Assembly: GCA_040260805.1 (NCBI GenBank)
Contig: JBDQPD010000026.1
Coordinates: forward strand, 1-36,722
DNA length: 36,722 bases
Direction: 5' to 3'
From: Myxococcota bacterium
GTDB lineage: Bacteria > Myxococcota > UBA4151
The position numbers and the translations under genes are program-made. Shown here piece by piece: positions 25,605 to 35,505 of the stretch; the first letter of the stretch is position 1; each line of letters begins with the position of its first letter. The notes below the pieces were generated by a model. The model did no database searches, was not told the origin of the DNA, and saw only the letters and a list, made by a program, of their open reading frames with translations.

Positions 25605-28600
25605 ATGCGCTATCCCTTAGGTCTAATTCTCACCCTAACCACCCTCTCTACAGCCCACGCAACGCCAGGAGAGACCCGCCGCGTCGTCACGCAGCGAGCG
25701 CTCAATGTGGCCTTGAGTTCAGCGAACGGACAAGGCTGCATCTCATGCCATGTCACCGGACAAGTCATGGCGGCGGTCGGTGCAGCAGAGGTCAGCGGTT
25801 TTGAGCCGGATCGGTCTCAAGCCAACAGAGTGCTCGGTTACGCCTGGAGCCAACAAACCAATCGAGGCTCCATGATCCACGGGGGCTCGAGTTATGAGAT
25901 TGAAACCAGCGCTTGGGTAGCGTGGGCGCTGAGCTACTATGGAGGAGAAACCAGCCTCGATGTGCGCACGGACCCGATCCGCAACCTAGGCAACTGGCTC
26001 CTCAATCAACGCCGTGGTGATGGCGGTTTGCCGCCCAACGATCACGACAATGGGATCATCAGTATCCCGTCTCGTGTGATGCCGACCATGTCGACGGCGC
26101 GCATCAGCCAATGGCTTTTCAATCAAACCGGCGAGATGCGCTACCGAACAGGAATGGCTGATCTAGGCCGGTATCTCGCAGAGACGGCTCCGGGTAATTG
26201 GCACGGTGACAGTGGACTCCTCGAGATGTGCTATGAACTGATCGGGCTTGCTGCGACCGGGCGCTCGGCTCGAGATCCGAAAATGGCGTCTCTGCGCGAC
26301 GCTCTTTTGGCGCGCCAGCAAAATGATACTTGCTGGAGCTTCTCGGTCGGCGACAGCTGCGACGGGTTCACCACCGGCTTGGTCGGTAATGCGCTTCTGG
26401 ATGCGGGAATGCCCTTTGGTCATCCCTCAATCCAAAACGCCGTCACCTGGCTGATCGACAACAACAACAACAGCGGCTGGTGGCCCCGGCAGCTGTTCTC
26501 AAATGACGTCTCTGTCTCCACCAACCCGGTCATTTTCCTGAGCCGAATTCCCGTCTTCTACATCAGCCATCTAACCCCTGAAAATGGTGTCACCTTCGCC
26601 GACGGCGAGCCGCAGACGGTCATCTCAACCGATGGAATTTCAGAAGAAGGCCTCAACTATGAATTGACCTTATTCATCGACAACATCCCGGTAGCTCGAG
26701 CGCGAAATGAGGGCATCGAGTACCGCTGGAACCTTCGAAATGTCGCTCCAGGCCAGCACCGAATTCGAGTCGTGGGTATGGACGCTGAGGGCTTCGCAGA
26801 CAGTCGTGAGTCGGTGGTGCTCGTAGGCGACTTTGTCGGCTTGCTCGGCACGGTCACTCCGAACCCGTTCAACGCCGACGCGACCAACGCCTTGGTGGAA
26901 TACGAGGTGTTTGGCCAAGACGTCGCTCAGATCACCATGAACGTTCACGCGACCAAAGACGATGATCAAGGCGTGCCCCGGCAAGCCGGCTTGCCCTGTA
27001 CGCCAGAGAATGCGGCTCAAGTCTGCGTCTCGGAAGGCTCGACGTGTGAAGCCAGCGCCGGCGAGCAGGATATGATGCGCTGCAGCGATGACAGCGTTCA
27101 CCGAGTGTTGGTCAGCGGGGACATCAACCCCGGTATGCACGTCCAAAGCTTTGACGGTCGCGATGAAGCGGGCAACCGGCTCCCTGATGGAGTGTATCTG
27201 CTGCACTTTACAGCTCGCCGCGGCGAAAACGAACAGACCGGCTCGGTGCTGGTGGGCGTCTTGTCGGACGAGCCGGCAGAGATCCGCGGCGTCGTGAAAG
27301 ATCGCGATACCGATCGCGGAATCCCCGGCGCCAGAGTTATCTTACAGACCCCTCGCGGCGGCCGGATGCAAGCCGGTGAGGTCGGCTTAACCGGCAGTTA
27401 CGTGCTGCCCCTAATTCGCCCCGGTGCCTACCGGGTGGTGGCTGAGGTCCCTGGCTACCCAGAGCCCGAGCCGGTCGCAGTCGATCTCGGCGCCGGTCAG
27501 CGTGAACGTCTCGACTTCTGGCTCACGGGCAATCAGCCGCCCTTCTTCGCGCCGGTGGACCCGGTCGAGCCGCTCTTGGAGGGTCAAACCATCACCTTGT
27601 ATGTCCGCGCCTACGACATGCAAAACGATCCGATCAGTCTGAGCGCAACGCCCCCGATGGGCGGCCGCTTTCGAGACTTAGGCAACGGCATCGGTCGCTT
27701 CGTCTGGACGGTTCCTTTTGGGACGCAAAGGTCCACCTCCTTGTTGCTCGAAGCGACCGACGGACAAGGTCTGACGGAGCTGCTCATCCCCTTGCCGATT
27801 GCGCAAAGCAACCGACCACCGGTCATCGAAGGTCTGGACGCGGCCTCGCTGCGCGCCGGGCAGATCTTTGAACGCCATGTGCGCGCTATTGACCCAGATG
27901 GCGACTCGGTCACCTTACGCGCAGAAGGGCTCCCTCCAGGAGCCAGCTTTGATGGCGCCACGCTTCGTTACACGCCTCCAGTTGCTCTTCTCGCTCGCTT
28001 TGATGTGCGCTTCACCGCGACCGATGATGGCGACCCGAGCGCCGAAACGACTGGGGTGCTCAGCATCTCAGTTGGACCGCCCAACAGCCCGCCGGTCCTC
28101 AGACCCGTCGAACGTCTTATCGTTCCCGTGGTTGCACCCTTCGAGCATCGCTTCGAGGCGGTCGACCCCGATGGTGATAGTGTTCACTTTATGGCGCAAG
28201 GCTTACCGGATGGTTTGATCTTATCTCGTGATGGCGTCCTGACCGGGCAAGTGGTTGCGGAGCTAGCGGATACGCGCTCCGTCATGACCTTGATCGCCAG
28301 CGATGACCATCAGCCTGCGGGTGTCGCTCGCCTTCAGATCAAAATGGTCTTTGTGGCTTCGGACAATACGCCCTTTATCGAACTTCCTGAGCGTATTGAG
28401 GTGACACCGGGCAGCGTCTGGCGTCATCGCGTCGTCTATGGCGCGCCCCACGGTCGAGAGCATCTCTCCTTGAGGATCATGATGGGCCCTGTGGGGATGG
28501 ACCTGCTCGGCGATGGCGAGACCTTACGCTGGGCTGTTCCCCACGATTTCCATGGACAAACGCCGCTGCGCCTTCGCCTCGTCGGGGCTGACCCTCCGGT

Positions 28601-31600
28601 TTCAGCGGACGCGGTCATCGCTTCGGGCGAGGCTAATCTTCCGCCGGTCATCAAAATCAAAACCAAGCCTAGCTTCGACGCCGCAGGCGCCGCAACGATC
28701 GATGCATCAGCCTCGTTCGATCCCGAAGAAGCCCAGCTCGCCTTCGAGTGGAACCCAGCAGAGGGCTTAGCGATCGTCACCGATGATGGAACCGGAATTA
28801 TCACGGTCCTGCGCGAGCGAGCCGATGCGAACAAGGTCGTGCTGGTGGTCTCTGATGGGACCCATAGAGTCTCGAAGACCCTCAAGATTGGTGAGCCGAC
28901 TGATGGTCTAACACCAGACAGCTGCCACAACTCAGGGGGCGCTGCGGGCTTGCTCTTGCTGGTCTGCTTGTTGGGCTTGAGAAGACGCCGACTCGTCGCA
29001 GGCCTCGTGATCCTAAGCGTCCTGCAAGCTTGCTCGATGATGGACGTCCCTCCCGCTCCTGCGGACCCGATCTCCACCTTGGTGCCAGGCTTGATCGAGC
29101 TCAGCATCCCTGATGACCGCTCGATGGTGCGCATTGTCGGTGATCATGGCGCCGCAGAGCCGGGCGCTGAAGTCAGCGTCACCGCCCTGGGTGATCCGGT
29201 CACGACCGAGGCCGACTCGACCGGCGCGTTCGTGCTCGCGTTGGTCGCGTCCGACGGCGACGCGCTCACCGCACGGCAACAGTTCGACGGTCAAACCTCG
29301 AGCGCCGTGACCCTCTCGGTGCCTGTGCGAGCGCCCAAGGGAATGGCCTGGCTTGAATCGGACGGCATGGGCGGCGACGAATTGGTGATTAGACCGCAAT
29401 TACTCGGTGAAGCCAGCGCTCGAGTTGAACTACCGACGGGCTGGACCACCCTACCAGCGCCTGACTCAGATGGACGACTCGTCGTTTCAATCGCCGCCGA
29501 CTCCTTGCAAGCAGGTGACCCCATCACCATCGAACAAACCGTCCAAGGCAAGCCGTCTCTAAGCGGCACTGTGCATCTGATGGATGCGGGTTCGGATCGG
29601 TCGATCGCGGTCACTCCTTCACCCACCGACCCGAATGTTCTGTGGGTCAGCGGACCGCCGACGCAAGGGCGTGATGGCGCCTTTATTCTCGTCACCAACC
29701 TGATGGTCGATGGCTTACCGCAAGGGCGCACTCGAGCCCACGCCGATGGATCCTTCGGACCGCTCAAGATGCCGGGCTCACATGGCGACCGACTGCGTAT
29801 CGAGGTGGTCGGTGAGACCGATGAAGAAGCCTTTGATTTAATCGCTCCGGCGAACGCTTTGAGGATTCGATTGGTGTGGACGGCTCAAGGCTACCTCACG
29901 GTATCGGGCTCTCCTGGTGCGGCCGATCCAGGCGCTCAGATCGACATCATGATGCCGAGCTCACGCAAGCATCACCAAACTCAAGCCGATGAGCTGGGTG
30001 GATTTAGCCTCAACGTGATCGCCCAGTCGGGAGAGGCGCTCCGGATACGGCAAGGTCTCACCGATGAACAAGGGACCGTTTGGAGTGCGCCTGTTCGCAA
30101 GCGCGCTCCATCGTCTGGGATGGCTTACCCCGCCGATCATTTGCGCCTATCGTGGGCTGATGACTCGCTAACCGTCACCGGTTTGGGGGGAACCGCCGAA
30201 GACGCCACGGGTGTCTCGGTCGGTCTAATGGCTTTGGGTGAAACGCTCCTTCCCGACGTCGAATCAGCGACCGCGCTGCTCGATGAAACCGGCGGATTCT
30301 CGGCCTCGGTAGCCGGCGTCCAAGCGGGCGATCGTTTGGTGGTGCGCCAAACCTTTGGCAGCCAATACAGCGAACCGGTGGTGTTAACCGTTCCAGCGGC
30401 CGATGCTTGGCTGAGCGCCGGCGATCTTCGACTCGCTGTTGCAGCGTGTCCATGCGGCGATCCCAACTGGAAACTTGTCCAGCTTGAACCCGGCTCGGTG
30501 ACGGCTGACGGCTCCGTTCACATCCAGGCGGGAGCACCAGGCTCAGAAGGAGCCTTTGATCCAGCAGCCGGGAGCGCCGGACCTGAGCGGTCAACGGCCT
30601 CGGGCTGGAGCCTCCACTCGGGCAGCGATGGCGGCAGCGGGCAACGTTTGATTCAGATCAAGGCGGGTATGACGCTGCAGATCGCCGTTGGAGATGCTGG
30701 CCCAACGCAAACTGCGCCTCGTGGTCTGGACCCAGAGACCATCGCTGTGCTCGCACCCAATGAGGCGGGCGATGTGGTCTTAGTCGGAGCGACCGGAGCG
30801 GCTCCGAGTGGCAGCGTTATTGAGGGTGAAGTCGATGGCGGATTATCCGTCCGTCGCGAGACCGCTCAAGATGGCTCGTTCTCATTGATCGTGCCGGGTC
30901 AGACCGGTCAATCGATCACCTTGGTCATCGATCTGCCGAGTTGTGGTTGTCAGAGCGCTCCGCTGGTCCTCGAGATACCGGGTCAAGGAGACCGCAGCGC
31001 AACCCTTCCGGCGATGAATCAGCAAGTGCTTCAAACCTGGCGTTTGCCCAATGCGGTGCACGTCGCAGGCGGAGCAGGAGCCGCCGAGCCTGGCGCAACG
31101 ATTCTGGCGATGGTCGGGACGACTGCCGCACGAACATTAGCCGATCCGACGGGAGCCTTTGAGCTTCGCTTGCTCGGTCAACCCGGCGATGAGATCGCTC
31201 TGCGTGCTCAGCGCGGCAGCGCTCGAAGCGACTCGGTGAGCGTGTGCGCTCCTCAAGTTGCGAGCCAAAACGGGCTGGCGATGACCCGCTGCGGCTCACG
31301 GTTCCAGCTCTCAGGAAGGCCGGGAACTGGAGTCCCCGGTGAAACCATCACCTGGACTCGTTTGGATGTGGCACCGCAAACGACGCTTCAGCAGATCATC
31401 GGCGCCAATCGCGCAGGCTACGTTGCGTTTTGGCGAATCCCTCAAGAGGCGCGCGTCGCGCTGACCAATTCACGAGGCGACGTGCTCGCCGCCAACCACT
31501 CGGCGCCGGCGAACGAAACGCCGCTCAAGGTCATCGGACCTTTTGACGGACAGTACATGCTCTACGCGCCACCGGGCGCGATGGCTCAGGTCAACACGCT

Positions 31601-34223
31601 CTCGCTCTGGAAGGGGCTCGGCGCCCAGCAACGATTTATAGCCGAAGCGCGACGAGGGACCAACGGCGCGGTCGAGCATCGACTCGATGCGGTGGGTGAG
31701 TGGCTGAACGCCTACGAAGTGAGCTCTGTTTCGCACTTCCCCTACTTGCTCAGCACACAGACGAGCCCCGCTGAAGTCCTCCCAAGGTCGGGTTGGAGCA
31801 CTCGCCGAGAGGGCGGCAATATGGTGATGACGTATCAAGGAACCGCGCTCAACCCGAGCGATCGTCTGGTCCTCTTTGAGGCTGAATCACTGCAAGAGCT
31901 TGCGGCAGCACAACCGACCCCGACCGTCGGCGAAGACGTCCCTGAGGGACAGGTTGATCTGGAGCTCACCGCGGCGCTTGAGGTGGGCGAAACCGCCTGG
32001 TTTGTTCGCTTCTCAGAGGCGGGCAGCTCGGTCCCTTACCGCCTGCACGCGCCCGATGGAGATCCAATCAATGAAGCCGTCGACCTGACCGGTGACCGGC
32101 TCTCCGATGCGTTGCGAGATACTGACAACGATGGCGTACCTGACCTCGCTGACACCGACAGCGATAACGACGGCATTAGCGACGCAAGCGAAGCCGGCGA
32201 TGACCCCGCAGCGCCACGCGACACCGATGAAGACGGCACACCCGATTACCGTGACTCTGACAGCGACGGTGATGGCTTAGCGGATGCTTATGAAGTCGGC
32301 GACAACCCGGGACAACCCCGAGATACCGACGGTGACTCAATCGCTGACTATCTGGATGAGGACAGTGACGGTAATGGGATCAATGATGCTATTGAACGCG
32401 GCGATGGGGAGACCCCTACGGATCTCGACGGTGATGGCGTCGCTGACGTCCTTGATACCGATGATGACAACGACGGCGTCAGCGACTCCGTCGAGATCGG
32501 CGAGGACCCGAACAGTCCTTTGACATCGGTCGACGGCGCAGCTCAGGACTATCAAAACCCCTGCTACCCCCGCGCACCGCTCGCGCACAGCGTACGTCCA
32601 GTGTCGCAGAGCGATCTCGTCGTGGCGCTGCCGGATTGGGTCGTCGCGAACGAGTCAGGTCCTTTGACGACTGACCTTCCGCCCACAGGCGAAGGCTGCG
32701 ATCGGCCTGACCTTGAAGCTGAGCTCATCCGTCGCCCGGCCGGTCTTCGCTACCGCAACGCCGAAGCGACCATCGTTGGCGCAACGCTGGTTCGCCACTT
32801 GCCAGCCGAGCTCGATGAGCTCGCCCCCTGGCAACGCCCGGTTGCGTTCCTTGATTCGGCTCTAGGGAGAGCCCAAAGCGGCGGGCTAACCATGCAGGGT
32901 CCAGGCGCCACGCGGCTTGAAATTGGTGGCCACCCTGCGGCGACGGCGTCGGTTCAACTGACGATCGCAAACATGGCTCTAGAAGCCGTTCTCGAGACAT
33001 TAGCCGGTCATCTCTTGGCCGACTGTCAAGCCGATGAAAACGACCAAGTCACCTGCCCTCAACGTACCATTTTAGCGCGCGACCCTGCGGGCGCCGAAGG
33101 CACGAACTTTGAATTGACCATCACCGCTCGTGCTCGCTGCGCAGGTAAGCTGGATCTTCAAATTGGTCTATCCAAGCTTGAAGGTGATGCGGGCGCGCTA
33201 GCGCTGGCGACGGCGCACAGTCGAGTCCTCGGTCAAGGTTCTATTTGGGCACAGACCGGGGCTAGCCTCGAGGCGGTCTGCCTGGACCGAACCTACGGAG
33301 CCGCAGGCTCGGCGGTCGACTTTATCTTCGTGGTCGACGGCTCGGGTTCGATGGCCGAAGAACAAACAGCGCTCGGTCGAGCGGTCAGCCACCTCCAGAC
33401 CGCGATGGGTCAAGCGGGCGTGAACTGGCGGGCGGCGGTCACCACGATGGACGCAAGCCCCGAAGCCGATGGCGGAGACGGACAGCTGCTCGGCGGCGGA
33501 TTCACCTCCGACGTCGCTACGCTTCAAAACCTGGTCACGAGTGTAGGGATCGCTGGTGATGGTCGTGAGTATGGCATGCGCGCGCTGCGCCGAAGTCTTC
33601 AACGCGCCACCGCTGGTGAACGCGATGGCAGTGCTTACCGACTGCGCCCTGGGGTGCCGGTAGCCTTTATCGTGCTCACCGATACCGAGGACCAATCGGT
33701 TCGCCAGCAAGGCTGCAATGAAGCCGACGCCAATCGCGATGGACGCTCGGACGATGCCGAATGTGTGAATCAAGCGATCGAGCCCACGCTGACGTTGTTA
33801 CGCGGCGAGCTCGGTGAGCTTGAAGCGCCTGAAGGACAGGATCAGCTAGCTCGTGTCTATGCGATCACCAGTCACCCGAACGACCAATGCTTCGAAGCCG
33901 AGAGCTACGGCTGGGGCTGGCGTGCGGTCGCTGCAGCGAGCGGGGGATCGGTGGGCAACATCTGCGGGGTCGATTTAGACTACACGGAGTTGTTGCGGCG
34001 CATGGGTGAGCAAGCGATCAATATCCTGCCCGAACTCGGTGACGGTCGTGATCTGATCGAGTCGTCGATTCAGATCACCACCGGGGCCGAGGACGCACGC
34101 AACGCTCGCGATGCCAGCTTATGGCGAATGAACGCGTCAACGCATCGCTTGCGTTTGCTCGATGCTGCTCGACCCAATCCGGGTGAGCAGCTCGGTTACT
34201 CAGGTTGGGTCTGGGCTCGCTGA
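25605..34223 (+). CDS. Giant (~2870 aa) secreted multidomain protein: prenyltransferase/squalene-oxidase-repeat alpha-barrel, Ig/FlgD-like, carboxypeptidase-regulatory-like, cadherin/PKD-like repeats, internal MYXO-CTERM + lipoprotein signal, Ig-like repeats, TSP type-3 repeats, VWA domain
   Basis: GGAGG RBS before ATG 25605 and Sec signal MRYPLGLILTLTTLSTAHA. QW-like motifs, PNPFN...DGRD.AGN.LPDGVY, N.PP....A.DPDGD repeats, GAAEPGA...G.F repeats, DxDxDG repeats, and DFIFVVDGSGSM MIDAS. Confidence 0.85.
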   Translation: MRYPLGLILTLTTLSTAHATPGETRRVVTQRALNVALSSANGQGCISCHVTGQVMAAVGAAEVSGFEPDRSQANRVLGYAWSQQTNRGSMIHGGSSYEIETSAWVAWALSYYGGETSLDVRTDPIRNLGNWLLNQRRGDGGLPPNDHDNGIISIPSRVMPTMSTARISQWLFNQTGEMRYRTGMADLGRYLAETAPGNWHGDSGLLEMCYELIGLAATGRSARDPKMASLRDALLARQQNDTCWSFSVGDSCDGFTTGLVGNALLDAGMPFGHPSIQNAVTWLIDNNNNSGWWPRQLFSNDVSVSTNPVIFLSRIPVFYISHLTPENGVTFADGEPQTVISTDGISEEGLNYELTLFIDNIPVARARNEGIEYRWNLRNVAPGQHRIRVVGMDAEGFADSRESVVLVGDFVGLLGTVTPNPFNADATNALVEYEVFGQDVAQITMNVHATKDDDQGVPRQAGLPCTPENAAQVCVSEGSTCEASAGEQDMMRCSDDSVHRVLVSGDINPGMHVQSFDGRDEAGNRLPDGVYLLHFTARRGENEQTGSVLVGVLSDEPAEIRGVVKDRDTDRGIPGARVILQTPRGGRMQAGEVGLTGSYVLPLIRPGAYRVVAEVPGYPEPEPVAVDLGAGQRERLDFWLTGNQPPFFAPVDPVEPLLEGQTITLYVRAYDMQNDPISLSATPPMGGRFRDLGNGIGRFVWTVPFGTQRSTSLLLEATDGQGLTELLIPLPIAQSNRPPVIEGLDAASLRAGQIFERHVRAIDPDGDSVTLRAEGLPPGASFDGATLRYTPPVALLARFDVRFTATDDGDPSAETTGVLSISVGPPNSPPVLRPVERLIVPVVAPFEHRFEAVDPDGDSVHFMAQGLPDGLILSRDGVLTGQVVAELADTRSVMTLIASDDHQPAGVARLQIKMVFVASDNTPFIELPERIEVTPGSVWRHRVVYGAPHGREHLSLRIMMGPVGMDLLGDGETLRWAVPHDFHGQTPLRLRLVGADPPVSADAVIASGEANLPPVIKIKTKPSFDAAGAATIDASASFDPEEAQLAFEWNPAEGLAIVTDDGTGIITVLRERADANKVVLVVSDGTHRVSKTLKIGEPTDGLTPDSCHNSGGAAGLLLLVCLLGLRRRRLVAGLVILSVLQACSMMDVPPAPADPISTLVPGLIELSIPDDRSMVRIVGDHGAAEPGAEVSVTALGDPVTTEADSTGAFVLALVASDGDALTARQQFDGQTSSAVTLSVPVRAPKGMAWLESDGMGGDELVIRPQLLGEASARVELPTGWTTLPAPDSDGRLVVSIAADSLQAGDPITIEQTVQGKPSLSGTVHLMDAGSDRSIAVTPSPTDPNVLWVSGPPTQGRDGAFILVTNLMVDGLPQGRTRAHADGSFGPLKMPGSHGDRLRIEVVGETDEEAFDLIAPANALRIRLVWTAQGYLTVSGSPGAADPGAQIDIMMPSSRKHHQTQADELGGFSLNVIAQSGEALRIRQGLTDEQGTVWSAPVRKRAPSSGMAYPADHLRLSWADDSLTVTGLGGTAEDATGVSVGLMALGETLLPDVESATALLDETGGFSASVAGVQAGDRLVVRQTFGSQYSEPVVLTVPAADAWLSAGDLRLAVAACPCGDPNWKLVQLEPGSVTADGSVHIQAGAPGSEGAFDPAAGSAGPERSTASGWSLHSGSDGGSGQRLIQIKAGMTLQIAVGDAGPTQTAPRGLDPETIAVLAPNEAGDVVLVGATGAAPSGSVIEGEVDGGLSVRRETAQDGSFSLIVPGQTGQSITLVIDLPSCGCQSAPLVLEIPGQGDRSATLPAMNQQVLQTWRLPNAVHVAGGAGAAEPGATILAMVGTTAARTLADPTGAFELRLLGQPGDEIALRAQRGSARSDSVSVCAPQVASQNGLAMTRCGSRFQLSGRPGTGVPGETITWTRLDVAPQTTLQQIIGANRAGYVAFWRIPQEARVALTNSRGDVLAANHSAPANETPLKVIGPFDGQYMLYAPPGAMAQVNTLSLWKGLGAQQRFIAEARRGTNGAVEHRLDAVGEWLNAYEVSSVSHFPYLLSTQTSPAEVLPRSGWSTRREGGNMVMTYQGTALNPSDRLVLFEAESLQELAAAQPTPTVGEDVPEGQVDLELTAALEVGETAWFVRFSEAGSSVPYRLHAPDGDPINEAVDLTGDRLSDALRDTDNDGVPDLADTDSDNDGISDASEAGDDPAAPRDTDEDGTPDYRDSDSDGDGLADAYEVGDNPGQPRDTDGDSIADYLDEDSDGNGINDAIERGDGETPTDLDGDGVADVLDTDDDNDGVSDSVEIGEDPNSPLTSVDGAAQDYQNPCYPRAPLAHSVRPVSQSDLVVALPDWVVANESGPLTTDLPPTGEGCDRPDLEAELIRRPAGLRYRNAEATIVGATLVRHLPAELDELAPWQRPVAFLDSALGRAQSGGLTMQGPGATRLEIGGHPAATASVQLTIANMALEAVLETLAGHLLADCQADENDQVTCPQRTILARDPAGAEGTNFELTITARARCAGKLDLQIGLSKLEGDAGALALATAHSRVLGQGSIWAQTGASLEAVCLDRTYGAAGSAVDFIFVVDGSGSMAEEQTALGRAVSHLQTAMGQAGVNWRAAVTTMDASPEADGGDGQLLGGGFTSDVATLQNLVTSVGIAGDGREYGMRALRRSLQRATAGERDGSAYRLRPGVPVAFIVLTDTEDQSVRQQGCNEADANRDGRSDDAECVNQAIEPTLTLLRGELGELEAPEGQDQLARVYAITSHPNDQCFEAESYGWGWRAVAAASGGSVGNICGVDLDYTELLRRMGEQAINILPELGDGRDLIESSIQITTGAEDARNARDASLWRMNASTHRLRLLDAARPNPGEQLGYSGWVWAR
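28923..29033 (+). other. Internal MYXO-CTERM-like sorting signal fused to a lipoprotein signal peptide
   Basis: Translation C-HNSGGAAG-LLLLVCLLGL-RRRR-LVAGLVILSVLQA-C with no stop codon after RRRR. Confidence 0.7.
32118..32486 (+). repeat. Four ~34-aa thrombospondin type-3-like Ca2+-binding repeats (intragenic)
   Basis: DTDNDGVPDLADTDSDNDGISD / DTDEDGTPDYRDSDSDGDGLAD / DTDGDSIADYLDEDSDGNGIND / DLDGDGVADVLDTDDDNDGVSD. Confidence 0.85.
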
Positions 34224-34227
34224 GGCT

Positions 34228-35433
34228 CTAGGTGTCGAAACCATGAACCTGCGCCCATCGGCGTAGGCGCAGCGCGTTGAGCTTGATGAAGCCGTCTGCG
34301 TTGGCTTGATCGTAGACGTCTTCGGCTTCGAAGCTGGCGACCTCTTCGTCGTACAAACTCTTGTCCGCTTTTCGCCCGACGACTTGGAAGCCGCCTTTGT
34401 AGAGTTTGAGTCGCACCGTCCCGTTGACGTGCTCTTGGCTCGCATCGATCGTCTTTTGCAGCAGCTCGCGCTCGGGAGCATACCAGAACCCGTTGTAGAT
34501 GAGTTTGGCGTAACGCGGGACGAGCTCATCTTTCCAATGCGCGACCTCGCGATCGAGCGTGATGGACTCCAAGGCGCGGTGCGCCGGCAGCAACAAAGTG
34601 ACACCCGGCGTTTCGTAAACGCCTCGACTTTTCATGCCGACAAAACGGTTTTCAACAATATCAACGCGCCCAACGCCATGACGTCCTCCGATATCATTGA
34701 GTAGACTCAGCAACTCAAAGGGCTCGAGCTCTTGCCCGTTCACCGCGACGGCGTTGCCTTCCTCAAATCGAATCTCAACGTATTCAGGCTCGTCAGGCGC
34801 TTTGGTCGGATCCACGGTCAACTTGAACATCTCTTCGTCCGGTTCCCGCCAAGGGTCCTCAAGGATACCGCCCTCAAAGCTGATGTGCATGACGTTTCGG
34901 TCCATGCTGTACGGCTTCTCGGCGCTGGCTTCGACCTCAAGCCCGCGCTCATCACAGTAGGCGAGTAAGTCGGCTCGACCTTTGTATTCCCAATCACGCC
35001 AGGGTGCGATGACCTTGATGTCCGGGTTTAAGGCATAAGCGGTCAGCTCAAAACGGACCTGATCGTTGCCCTTACCTGTAGCGCCGTGACTGATCGAATC
35101 AGCGCCCTCTAAACGGGCGATCTCAATCATCCGCTTCGAGATCAAAGGCCGAGCGAGGGAGGTACCGAGCAGATAGACGCCTTCATAAAGGGCGTTGGCT
35201 CGAATGGCAGGCCAGACGAAGTCGCTCACGAACTCTGAGCGCAGATCATCGATATAAATCCTGCTGCCGGCTGCGTCCGCCTTAGCCTGCAAGGGCTCAA
35301 GCTCTTCACCTTGCCCCAAGTCGGCAGCAAAGCAGACCACTTCGCAGTCGAACTCTTCTTTAAGCCAATGGAGAATTACAGTGGTATCTAAACCCCCACT
35401 GTAGGCTAAAATAACTTTGTTCACCGAACTCAT
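34228..35433 (-). CDS. argG: Argininosuccinate synthase
   Basis: [58 protein letters not shown]. Confidence 0.98.
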   Translation of the reverse strand: MSSVNKVILAYSGGLDTTVILHWLKEEFDCEVVCFAADLGQGEELEPLQAKADAAGSRIYIDDLRSEFVSDFVWPAIRANALYEGVYLLGTSLARPLISKRMIEIARLEGADSISHGATGKGNDQVRFELTAYALNPDIKVIAPWRDWEYKGRADLLAYCDERGLEVEASAEKPYSMDRNVMHISFEGGILEDPWREPDEEMFKLTVDPTKAPDEPEYVEIRFEEGNAVAVNGQELEPFELLSLLNDIGGRHGVGRVDIVENRFVGMKSRGVYETPGVTLLLPAHRALESITLDREVAHWKDELVPRYAKLIYNGFWYAPERELLQKTIDASQEHVNGTVRLKLYKGGFQVVGRKADKSLYDEEVASFEAEDVYDQANADGFIKLNALRLRRWAQVHGFDT

Positions 35434-35505
35434 AAAGCGCTCCTCGTGGCGGAGCGTTTACCGAGGTTCGGTCCCTGTGCAAAGACAGGCTGTGCCTGCA
35501 AGCCT

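Noticed and set aside
25605..26560. Calling the N-terminal barrel a squalene-hopene cyclase
   Set aside because: It is a single short barrel with a signal peptide and no DxDD catalytic motif.
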